From Nitrospirota bacterium (GTDB taxonomy: Bacteria > Nitrospirota > JACRHJ01), in assembly GCA_049801375.1 (NCBI GenBank), contig JBARKJ010000046.1:3204-67203 (forward strand): a stretch of 64,000 bases of DNA, written 5' to 3'. Shown in pieces: positions 44,306 to 52,129 of this stretch. The notes beneath the pieces were generated by a model. That model made no database searches and had not been told where the DNA came from. It saw only the letters and a program-made list of their open reading frames with translations. Numbering within the stretch: the first letter of the stretch is position 1; every line of letters begins with the position of its first letter. Both the position numbers and the translations under genes were made by a program.

Positions 44306-44314
44306 TATTTTCCT

Positions 44315-45085
44315 TTAGTCCTCGAGTATAGCCACGGCGCGTGCCCATGCCGCGCCCGCGTTTTTTATCTTTACAGGGAAACAGGCGAACTTAAATCCGT
44401 GCGCCCTCGGGAGCGCGCCGAGGTTTGCGAGCCGCTCTATATGACAGTATTCTTTTTTTCTTCCCAGCATGTGTACCGGCCAGAGTTTTGAGCTGTCCGC
44501 GGTCGTTTGATAATCTGCTACCATATTCATAAAAGGCCTGTCCAGGCCCGGCGCGTCGGTCCCGATAGTCCTGATTCCAAGACCGAATAAATATTCCGCC
44601 GCACGGGCATCCAAACCCGCGAATTTAAGAAAATATTCCTTGGTGCCAAAGTACCTGTCCGCCCCGGTCCTGATGAGCGCGATATCGCCCGGTTTCGGCT
44701 TGTAATTTATTTCTTCTAAGCCCCGCCGCACATCATCCGGTTTTATTTCTCCGCCGGGCGGCAGACTTCTCATGTCAATTACAAAACCGTCCCCATAGCA
44801 CCATTCAAGGGGGACCTCGTCTATCTTCTTCGCCGGCCGTCCTTCCGATTCCGGCCCGAAATGCCACGGCGCGTCCACGTGCGTCCCGCAGTGAACCGAC
44901 GCCTGGACGGTCTCATGTGACAGGAACATCCCGCCGGGAAAAGTATCGCCGCCAATTTTCTTCTCTCCCGGAAATTTTTCCCCTACCCTCTCCGCGCCCT
45001 CCTCATGGCCAATCCGGGTCACCTGTACCGGAAAAGGTTCAGGCGCCAAGTCGTCTATAGGGGTGCTTAGGTCGATTATTTTCAA
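44315..45085 (-). CDS. Cyclase-family protein (PF04199; kynurenine-formamidase-like metal-dependent hydrolase / putative polyketide cyclase)
   Basis: 256 aa. ...SVHCGTHVDAPWHF (His-rich metal site, HxGTHxDxPxH) is diagnostic of the cyclase family. Confidence 0.75.
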   Translation of the reverse strand: MKIIDLSTPIDDLAPEPFPVQVTRIGHEEGAERVGEKFPGEKKIGGDTFPGGMFLSHETVQASVHCGTHVDAPWHFGPESEGRPAKKIDEVPLEWCYGDGFVIDMRSLPPGGEIKPDDVRRGLEEINYKPKPGDIALIRTGADRYFGTKEYFLKFAGLDARAAEYLFGLGIRTIGTDAPGLDRPFMNMVADYQTTADSSKLWPVHMLGRKKEYCHIERLANLGALPRAHGFKFACFPVKIKNAGAAWARAVAILED

Positions 45086-45318
45086 GACCTGGCCGCCACG
45101 GTTAGAAAATAGTCGATTATCTCGCGGACCGTAATCACGCCGTTTATCACGCCGTCGGGGATTTTGGCCGAGAATTCTTTTTCCAGCGCAACCATCAGTT
45201 CCACCATCTCAGTCGAGTCAATCCCGAGACCGCTTTTCAAAGTCGCGTCAGGGCGAAGTTCATTTTTGCCTATGCCTATTTCCGCGAAAACTTTTTCTAC
45301 CCTCTCTTCTACCGGCAT
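45082..45318 (-). CDS. Acyl carrier protein (PKS ACP)
   Basis: 78 aa. GIDSTEMVEL (phosphopantetheine attachment Ser in the DSxE/xxE motif). ATGA overlap with the cyclase gene. Confidence 0.8.
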   Translation of the reverse strand: MPVEERVEKVFAEIGIGKNELRPDATLKSGLGIDSTEMVELMVALEKEFSAKIPDGVINGVITVREIIDYFLTVAARS

Positions 45319-45328
45319 CCTTTACCTC

Positions 45329-46537
45329 TTACCTAGGCTTTCCGATTAAAAGGCAGGCGTTTACCCCGCCCCGCCCGATGGAATTTATAATGATATCCTG
45401 CTGATCGAACTTCTTTGTTCCGCCGCCGTTAAAGAAATCAAATTCCGGATCAAGCACTTTGAGGGTCGGCGTCTCACCTCTACCAAGCGCCATGCAGGCA
45501 AGTGCCGTGTCGAGCGCGCCGGACGCCCCTAATAAATTCCCAGTCTGCGGCTTCGGCGAATAAACCGGCAGTTCACTTGCCCTGTTTCCGAATATTTTTA
45601 AAAGGGCCCTTCCCTCGGATAAATCTGCTTCCTTCCCCGCATTCGCGGATGGGATAGCCATCCCGATTTCGGATGGAGAGATAGCGGCCTGCCGCATCGC
45701 GAATCCGATGGCGCGGGCCATGCCTTCGCCTGAGGGGTCCGGCATAGTCGGATGGACACCGTCGCTGGTAAACCCGAAACCTTTTACTTCCGCGTATATT
45801 CTGGCCCCCCTCGCGGCTGCCTTTTCCATATCTTCGATGACGAGTACGGCCGCCCCTTCGCCGATTATATATCCGTCCCGGCTCTTACTGAAGGGCCTGT
45901 AGCTCCCGGTCTGGCTGAGCTCCCCGGATGTATTGCAACACAGAAGCGCGTAAGGCGATACCGGGGCTTCGGTGCCGCCAGCTAACATCACGTCCGCCTT
46001 GTCCGTTTGAATGGCTCGCGCGGCGTAAGCGATAGCTAGATGCGAACTTGCTATGTCGGAAATTATGGTCTTGGAAAAACCTTTTATGCCGTAGAAGATG
46101 GATATCTGGCCCTGCGGCGCCGCCGGGAACCATGCGGTTGCCTGGTACGGGCTGACTTCCCGAAGGCCGTGCTTCCAGAGGTCCCGCAGTTCCTCCTCCG
46201 CAAAAGCCCAGCCGCCCAGGGCGTTGCCGAAGGCTATCCCGACACGGTCTTTGTCCTCGGCGTCAAGGTTAATCCCGCTGTCTTTAATCGCCCCGTCGGT
46301 GGCTGAGAGCGCCATGTGCGAGAACCTGTCCAGCTTCTTAAGTAGCCGCTTGGAAAATATCTCTTCTCCGCCAAGATTATTTACCAACCCCGCGTGACGG
46401 GACGGATAGCGCGAAGCGTCAAAGCGGCTGATCTCGCCCGTGAAGCCATCGCCCGAGGAGAGCCTGTCGAATAATTCTTCAGGCGAATTGCCAGCCGGGC
46501 TCACTACCCCGATGCCTGTTATGACCGCGCGTCTCAT
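45329..46537 (-). CDS. Ketosynthase beta / chain-length-factor-like KS homolog lacking the catalytic Cys and second His
   Basis: The start was set at Met38 (MRRAVITGIGVVSPAG, ATGA overlap with the KS-alpha stop). In the active-site region ...FSKTIISDIASSHLAIAYAARAIQTDKADVMLAGGTE the Cys of T-A-C-x-(T/S) is replaced (Ile or Asp). One His is retained (VHPTMPD) and the second His region is divergent (MAIPSANAGKE). Confidence 0.8.
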   Translation of the reverse strand: MRRAVITGIGVVSPAGNSPEELFDRLSSGDGFTGEISRFDASRYPSRHAGLVNNLGGEEIFSKRLLKKLDRFSHMALSATDGAIKDSGINLDAEDKDRVGIAFGNALGGWAFAEEELRDLWKHGLREVSPYQATAWFPAAPQGQISIFYGIKGFSKTIISDIASSHLAIAYAARAIQTDKADVMLAGGTEAPVSPYALLCCNTSGELSQTGSYRPFSKSRDGYIIGEGAAVLVIEDMEKAAARGARIYAEVKGFGFTSDGVHPTMPDPSGEGMARAIGFAMRQAAISPSEIGMAIPSANAGKEADLSEGRALLKIFGNRASELPVYSPKPQTGNLLGASGALDTALACMALGRGETPTLKVLDPEFDFFNGGGTKKFDQQDIIINSIGRGGVNACLLIGKPR

Positions 46538-47790
46538 GCCCGCCTCAAGACCATTGACGAATGGATCCCGGAGAACCCGCTGCTCGTTTTTATCACCACG
46601 TCCACCTTTTTCTCCCGCGCCCAGTTCGGCACATAATCTAAGTCGCATGCAGGGTCGGGCTCACGGTAATTCACCGTCGGCGGGATAATGCCCCGCTCCA
46701 TCACCATCGCCGAAAGCGCTAGCTCGATGGCGTTCGCCGCGGAAAGCGGATGTCCTATCATGGACTTGATGGAACTGACGGGCACCCGAAAGGCATGTTC
46801 CTTAAGCGCGGTCTTTATCGCGTTCGTCTCGAAGACATCGTTCTGTTCCGTGGAGCTTCCATGAGAGCTTATGTAATCAACGTCATCGGCGTTGACCCGC
46901 GCCTCGTCCATAGCCATTTTTATAGACCGGGCAAGGGCCTCGCCGTCCGGCGGTAAATCCGTCATGTGATACGCATTGGATGTGGAGCCGAAACCTGCTA
47001 TCTCCGCATATATCTTCGCACCGCGCTTCGCCGCGTGCCCGTATTCCTCCAGTACCAGTATCCCCGCGCCCTCGGCCAGGACAAACCCGTTCCTCGTCCT
47101 GTCGAAAGGACGAGACGCCGCCCCGGGGTCGTCATTATGCTTCGAGAGCGCCTTTATTACATCGAATGCGGCAAGGGCTATCGGCGTAATCGGGGCCTCG
47201 GACGCGCCGGTTATCATCATGTCGCATAAGCCGAGTTGGATATTTTCATACGCATAGGCCACCGAATCCGTCCCGGCCGTGCAGCCGGTGGATATGACGC
47301 ACGCACCGCCTTTTAAGCCATAGCGCGCGGCTATGAAGTTGGCGGGAGAATTGAATATGGACGCATCATACAGATACGGCGACGCGAGGCCCGGGTCAAT
47401 CGGCTCATGCCCGTTCCGGGTCACGCGCAGGAACTCCTCCTCCATCCATTTCGTCCCGCATATGGCGTTAGCCAGCGCCACTCCGCACCGCTCACGATCC
47501 AGGCCGCCGAATTCCAGCCCGGCGTCCTCCACTGCCAGCTTCGCCCCGGCCAGGGCGAACTGCAGATAGCGGTCCATCCCCGAGGCCTCTTCAGACGAGA
47601 TGCCGAAGACGGCGGGGTTGAACCCCTTCACTTCCGCCGCGACCTTCGAAAGGAACTCGGAGGTATCGAATGCGGTAATAAGCCCGGTCTGCGTCCGCGC
47701 GTTTATCATGGAATCCCAGAAGGCGTCTTTACCGATGCCTCCCGGCGCGATAACGCCCAGGCCTGTTATGACGACCCTGCGGAGATTCAA
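46534..47790 (-). CDS. Ketosynthase alpha (FabF/KAS II-like, catalytically competent)
   Basis: 418 aa. ISTGCTAGTDSVAYA (active-site Cys), AYHMTDLP (His1), YISSHGSST (His2), C-terminal NSFGFSGIHSSMVL-like end. Confidence 0.85.
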   Translation of the reverse strand: MNLRRVVITGLGVIAPGGIGKDAFWDSMINARTQTGLITAFDTSEFLSKVAAEVKGFNPAVFGISSEEASGMDRYLQFALAGAKLAVEDAGLEFGGLDRERCGVALANAICGTKWMEEEFLRVTRNGHEPIDPGLASPYLYDASIFNSPANFIAARYGLKGGACVISTGCTAGTDSVAYAYENIQLGLCDMMITGASEAPITPIALAAFDVIKALSKHNDDPGAASRPFDRTRNGFVLAEGAGILVLEEYGHAAKRGAKIYAEIAGFGSTSNAYHMTDLPPDGEALARSIKMAMDEARVNADDVDYISSHGSSTEQNDVFETNAIKTALKEHAFRVPVSSIKSMIGHPLSAANAIELALSAMVMERGIIPPTVNYREPDPACDLDYVPNWAREKKVDVVIKTSSGFSGIHSSMVLRRA

Positions 47791-48056
47791 CCCTCCACCC
47801 TCCTGACCTTGAACCGCACATACCCGCCGTCCGGGCAGGTTACGGTGTTGATGGAATTCGGGTCTTCCATGAAGGGGTACTTCGCACCGAAGTTCAGGGC
47901 GAAGAGCACCGGGAACAGCGTATGGTATGCCGCGCCGCAGAAACCTTCCGGCGTCCGAAGTCCCAGGACCTCCACCTCCTGGCCCCGCTCGTATTTATAA
48001 AAACACGGCCCGGAAACTTCCTCGACCGATATAACCATTTTTTTGGGATTTGCCAT
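47787..48056 (-). CDS. Small Cys-containing protein, paralog B (~89 aa; resembles TIGR04076-type proteins)
   Basis: The start was set at Met21 (MANPKKMVISVEEVSGPCFYKYERGQEVEV...PEGFCGAAYHTLFP...FGAKYPF...VTCPDGGYVRFKVRR). ATGA overlap with the KS-alpha gene. Confidence 0.5.
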   Translation of the reverse strand: MANPKKMVISVEEVSGPCFYKYERGQEVEVLGLRTPEGFCGAAYHTLFPVLFALNFGAKYPFMEDPNSINTVTCPDGGYVRFKVRRVEG

Positions 48057-48319
48057 TATAATTTCCTCACCTTGAACGTCAGTTTCCCACCGTCCGGGCA
48101 TGTCGTCCTGACGCAACCTTCCCCATCCTTGAAAGGGAATTCCGCGCCGAATGTCCAGGCATAAATAATCGGGAATAGCGAATGATACGCCCCGGCGCAG
48201 AAGCCGTCGGGCGGCGTCACGAAGTCCTTTACCTCAAAAGAATCACCCGCTTTATATCCCTTGAAACATTCTTTTTGAAGACTGTCCACCGTCAGCAGAA
48301 AACCCGGAAACTCCATCAT
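48056..48319 (-). CDS. Small Cys-containing protein, paralog A (87 aa; resembles TIGR04076-type proteins)
   Basis: ...KECFKGYKAGDSFEV...PDGFCAGAYHSLFP...FGAEFPF...TTCPDGGKLTFKVRK. The same architecture as paralog B (~45% identity by eye). TAATG stop/start overlap. Confidence 0.5.
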   Translation of the reverse strand: MMEFPGFLLTVDSLQKECFKGYKAGDSFEVKDFVTPPDGFCAGAYHSLFPIIYAWTFGAEFPFKDGEGCVRTTCPDGGKLTFKVRKL

Positions 48320-49314
48320 AAGCCTAACCTCGTTAGCATCTCTTCCGTTGATAGAAATTGATTTGTTTTTTCGATTTCCCTGACCAGCTCCGCCGCTTTT
48401 GAATTCAACTTTGCCTCCCGCCCCATCTCAAGCGCCACCCTCGCGACTTCGCCGTTTAAATAATCCACCTCCGACGAGCGGCCCCGCATGACGCTCTGCA
48501 GGACGGAGCCTGGAAGGGGGAGGTGGGAAAGGCCCCGCATGATATTGCCATATATCTGCGCCCCCACTTCCTCCGGGGCGTATAGCAGCGATTTCAACTT
48601 CTCCAGAGGCAGGTTCGGGAGGTCGGCCATCTCCATCCCTCCCGCTTCAAAAACCTCCCATGCTTCGCGCATCATCGACAGCCCCAATATGCATATCCTT
48701 TTATCCGAAAACGTCTCCTGCAGGTTCTTCCCCAGTACGCAGGCAAGCGCGTTATTCAGGTTCAGTACGAGCTTCGCGCGGTGCATGGCCTGGATGTTGC
48801 CGGCTACGCGCACTTCTAAAGACCCGGCCATGATACTCTTCGCCTTATCGACAATGCCGCCGCCGTCCGGGCCGAACGCCTTGCCTATAACCAGGCCGCC
48901 GGGAAAGTTATACGTTACATGCCCCGGCTCTTTATATGTCGCCCCGAACATAACGACCGAAGAAATGATTCGCTCGCTGCCAAGGATGCTTCCGGCTATC
49001 TCGTCGGCCATCAGGCCGTTCTGCATCGTCAGCGCCGGAAAATCACCCATGCCTGCAATCTGAGTACACGCCGTTTCCAGGTCCTGCGTCTTTACCGCGA
49101 GGAGGGCCAGGTCGGGAATGAACTCCAGCGACCTTGCGGCATATATGACAAAGTTATTCCTTGCCGAAATGCCGTCAAGCGACAGGCCTTCGCGGTTAAT
49201 CGCCCGGACCTGGCGCGGGTCGCGGCTGACAAGGGTAACAGCGTGTCCCTTCTCATGGAGCAGCGCCCCCGCAACACACCCGATAGCCCCCGCGCCGATT
49301 ACCGCTATTTTCAT
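48316..49314 (-). CDS. Ketopantoate-reductase-family NAD(P)H oxidoreductase (ApbA/PanE); candidate polyketide ketoreductase
   Basis: 332 aa. MKIAVIGAGAIGCVAGALL Rossmann N-terminus; C-terminal ApbA_C-like domain. Confidence 0.75.
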   Translation of the reverse strand: MKIAVIGAGAIGCVAGALLHEKGHAVTLVSRDPRQVRAINREGLSLDGISARNNFVIYAARSLEFIPDLALLAVKTQDLETACTQIAGMGDFPALTMQNGLMADEIAGSILGSERIISSVVMFGATYKEPGHVTYNFPGGLVIGKAFGPDGGGIVDKAKSIMAGSLEVRVAGNIQAMHRAKLVLNLNNALACVLGKNLQETFSDKRICILGLSMMREAWEVFEAGGMEMADLPNLPLEKLKSLLYAPEEVGAQIYGNIMRGLSHLPLPGSVLQSVMRGRSSEVDYLNGEVARVALEMGREAKLNSKAAELVREIEKTNQFLSTEEMLTRLGL

Positions 49315-49387
49315 AGTTTTCCTGAATCCGGATTTATAACATTAAGTCTTAAAAGTATTTTCAGATTCCGCCCAACCGGGATAACTG

Positions 49388-51253
49388 TTAATGAGGTTTT
49401 CCTGTTTTAACGTCCCAGCCGTGGCAGGCGTAATATTCGTCCAGCATCCCGTCGTACAAATCCCGGTCGAGCTTCATCGTTCGAGATTCGTCGTCCAGCC
49501 CGTCCTGCCATATGAGCGGCTCGAAATACCTCATGGGCGGGTAATCGTCTTTCCGCCCCACGCCCTCGTGGCAAATGAACCTGCGCTCCACATCCGTTAT
49601 AGCGTGTCCCGCCGCGAATACCTCTTCCGGCGCCATCTCCATTCCGCTGCCCTTCCTGATGAGGTCGCTGAATACATTGAAGCCGAATACGCCCGGCTCC
49701 GGCAAGGTGTGGAAGGCCAGGAGCTTGCACAGCCCCAGCGCGTCGAAGAGCGCTAGATAACTTTCCCACCACCAGACCACCCGGCCCTTGCCGCCATATT
49801 TCAGCGGGTCCGGCTCCACCGGCCCGCCATAAATTCCCGCCAGAAATTCCTTATCGAATTCGAACGCCTCCCAGGGACAGCGGCTTCGGAGGTGGTCTGC
49901 ACCGCGGGTTGCGGTGGAGACTCCAAGGGCGAACGCCTTGATGAACCGGAGGTCTACCGGGTCCGACTGCGGGAGGCCCTTCACCCAGATCATGCGTCCG
50001 GCCGAGTCCTTTCCGAATTGAGCCGACGCCGCCGATGCGCCGTTAGCAAGGACGTCTCCAAACCCTCTGCGGTATGCAATATCCTCCAGAAGCAGGGCGA
50101 CCGTCTCCGGGTCGTTCCAGTCCAGCTTCATCCCGCCGGTCTCGGCGTCTCCGATAAAACCTTCTTTATACAATTCTATTGCCCACGCTATTATGTTGCC
50201 GGCGGAGCTTGCGTCTATGCCGAGGCGGTTAAGCCTGTCGTTCAACATGAGTACCGCTTCGGAGGAATTTATCCCAAGCACCGGCCCCATATGTCCCATG
50301 ATGCCGTATTCCGGACCTTCGCCTGTCAGCCCGGCATGTTTTCCTTCAGTTATTTTATATGAATGCCTGCACGCCACCGCGCAGTGCCTGCATCCGCGTT
50401 TGCCCGAATAATATCGTGCTTCCAGCGTCTCCGGGCCAAGGTCCCCGGGCTCTTTCATTTTCGTCGAGAGGCCGTTATATGCCCGGCCCATCTCGATGTT
50501 CGTATTTATTACGTTATATAGATGCGCCGTCCCGAAACGCGCAAGGTCCTGCGTAAGGAATTCCGTCCGAAGCTTCGAATTTATTTCGTGGGTAAGGGCA
50601 GCAAAACCGTCCGGGTCGTGCGGCTGGACCTTCCCGCCGTCGAGCGCCACAACCGCCTTCAAATTTTTTGCCCCCATCAGGCAGCCCATCCCGGTGCGGC
50701 CCGCGGCATTCTTTCTGCCGTGCATAACGCATGCGAAGCGGACGAGGTTCTCACCGGCCGGGCCTATGCACGCGATATGGGCCTTCACGCCATGCTCCTC
50801 TTTTATGACCTTTTGCGCTTCGACTGTGTCCATGCCCCAGACGTGCGAGGCTTCTTTTATTTCCGCAGCCGTCCCGTCGCCAATTTTTTTTATAAGAAGA
50901 TAAACGGGTCTATCCGACTTACCTGTGATGACCAGATGCCTGACGCCCGTGGAGGCTAAAGCGCACCCGAAATCCCCTCCGATATTCGCGTCTCCTAAAA
51001 GACCGCTCTCCGGGCTCTTGCCGGTGATGGTCAGTCTGGCGGATGACGGCCCCGGCATCCCGGTTAGCAGGCCCGCGCCGAATATCAACGGGTTCTCCGG
51101 GCTTAGAGGGTCCAGGCCTTTCTTTGTATTTTCAAAGAGCAGCGCGCTGTTTATCCCCCGCCCGCCGATGTAATTGCGAAGGAGGCTTTCCGGAAGGTCC
51201 TTTACTTCGGAGGCCCCGCCGCTTAGATCTATATATAAGATTTTATGGTTCAT
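49388..51253 (-). CDS. Aldehyde:ferredoxin oxidoreductase (tungsten/molybdopterin AOR family)
   Basis: 621 aa. N-terminal KILYIDLSGGASEVKDLPESLLRNYIGGRGINS (AOR_N); internal CRHC-type [4Fe-4S] Cys ligands (GCRHCAVACRH). Confidence 0.85.
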   Translation of the reverse strand: MNHKILYIDLSGGASEVKDLPESLLRNYIGGRGINSALLFENTKKGLDPLSPENPLIFGAGLLTGMPGPSSARLTITGKSPESGLLGDANIGGDFGCALASTGVRHLVITGKSDRPVYLLIKKIGDGTAAEIKEASHVWGMDTVEAQKVIKEEHGVKAHIACIGPAGENLVRFACVMHGRKNAAGRTGMGCLMGAKNLKAVVALDGGKVQPHDPDGFAALTHEINSKLRTEFLTQDLARFGTAHLYNVINTNIEMGRAYNGLSTKMKEPGDLGPETLEARYYSGKRGCRHCAVACRHSYKITEGKHAGLTGEGPEYGIMGHMGPVLGINSSEAVLMLNDRLNRLGIDASSAGNIIAWAIELYKEGFIGDAETGGMKLDWNDPETVALLLEDIAYRRGFGDVLANGASAASAQFGKDSAGRMIWVKGLPQSDPVDLRFIKAFALGVSTATRGADHLRSRCPWEAFEFDKEFLAGIYGGPVEPDPLKYGGKGRVVWWWESYLALFDALGLCKLLAFHTLPEPGVFGFNVFSDLIRKGSGMEMAPEEVFAAGHAITDVERRFICHEGVGRKDDYPPMRYFEPLIWQDGLDDESRTMKLDRDLYDGMLDEYYACHGWDVKTGKPH

Positions 51254-51365
51254 GTTTTATACTTGTCACACCCGTGAAAACGGGTATCCGGGTGCCCCGG
51301 CGGGAATGACGGTCAGTCCCTTCTTAACCCCCTTTCTTAACATTAAGAAGGGGGGAAGAGGAGAG
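51254..51365 (-). other. Structured 5' leader of the AOR gene (two to three GC-rich hairpins)
   Basis: Minus-strand hairpins CTTCCCCCCTTCTTAA-TG-TTAAGAAAGGGGG and ACCCGTTTTCACGGGT lie immediately upstream of the AOR ATG. Not followed by a U-tract. Confidence 0.3.
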
Positions 51366-51611
51366 TTATGCCGGCATATCGAATCCCGCGCTCCTGGCCG
51401 TGTCCCGCATACTATTCTGAAACGGCGCCGGGGTCTCTGCAATCAACGCAGCTACTATATGGTCCTCTTCGACCTGCGCCGCGCCGCGTTCCTGCGCGTA
51501 TTCTTCCGCCTTCTTCCCCGCCAGTCTCTCCGCCATCTTCCGCTGAAAAAATGGGATCATAGATATCATTTTTTCAAATTTCGTCCGCGCCCCAGTCTCC
51601 CAGTCCATCAA
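51366..51611 (-). CDS. Small PCP-reductase-family-like protein (PF08369-like, 81 aa)
   Basis: MMDWETGARTKFEKMISMIPFFQRKMAERLAGKKAEEYAQERGAAQVEEDHIVAAL resembles the stand-alone PCP_red domain (W...A...L..IP.FxR). Confidence 0.45.
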   Translation of the reverse strand: MMDWETGARTKFEKMISMIPFFQRKMAERLAGKKAEEYAQERGAAQVEEDHIVAALIAETPAPFQNSMRDTARSAGFDMPA

Positions 51612-52129
51612 TGTCTCCTTATTAATGATTTGAAGAAACGTCTCCTGTCCTGCTCTTCAGGAGAAAGCCGATCCTCCTCTTGCTTCGAGACTTCAACACC
51701 CTCAAGGCTCGCCTTCAGAGAACGCAGAATCAGTTTTATATTATCGTCATGCATCCGCCGGTAAATGCGCGCCCACAAGATGCGGTTAAGATTCCCGACT
51801 ATTTCGTAGTCCATCAGGAAATGGACCTCGTTGAACCCCCGGTTGGGAATTATATATACCTTGTCCGTGCCCTTGAACATCCCGTTGATGAATTTCCTTG
51901 AGACCTCGCGTCCGGGCGTGATTGAAGTCACCTCGACGTCCCATTCCGGCGCGAACGGCCTGTGCACTTTCTGATGGAATATCGTGCCGACCTTTATCTC
52001 TCCCTTTTCTTCGCGGCTGTACTTCATGGGCGATTCATCAGGCCACCAGGAACTCTCGCCCCAGAGGATAACTTGTTCGAATATCTTTTCATGCGGCGCC
52101 TGTATCTCCACGAAGTGGTGGTTCAGCAA
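51608..52129 (-). CDS. SRPBCC-superfamily protein (Polyketide_cyc2-like) with a charged C-terminal tail
   Basis: 173 aa. HHFVEIQAPHEKIFEQVILWGESSWWP ... TRVT-like strand pattern. Weak family-level call. Confidence 0.4.
   Translation of the reverse strand: MLNHHFVEIQAPHEKIFEQVILWGESSWWPDESPMKYSREEKGEIKVGTIFHQKVHRPFAPEWDVEVTSITPGREVSRKFINGMFKGTDKVYIIPNRGFNEVHFLMDYEIVGNLNRILWARIYRRMHDDNIKLILRSLKASLEGVEVSKQEEDRLSPEEQDRRRFFKSLIRRH

Noticed and set aside
34974-49314. Ladderane-type or other unusual membrane-lipid cluster (rSAM + B12-rSAM + CrtI-like + KS + ACP)
   Set aside because: The gene content overlaps such clusters, but the TcmN-like ARO/CYC, the PF04199 cyclase, and the KS-alpha/Cys-less KS-beta pair point to an aromatic type II polyketide, not a fatty-acid-derived lipid. 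The product class remains unresolved.
51254-51365. Moco/Tuco (molybdenum/tungsten cofactor) riboswitch upstream of the AOR gene
   Set aside because: This is attractive because AOR is a tungstoenzyme. But the region is only ~112 nt, and I cannot match the multi-stem Moco RNA consensus by eye. It is reported only as a structured leader.
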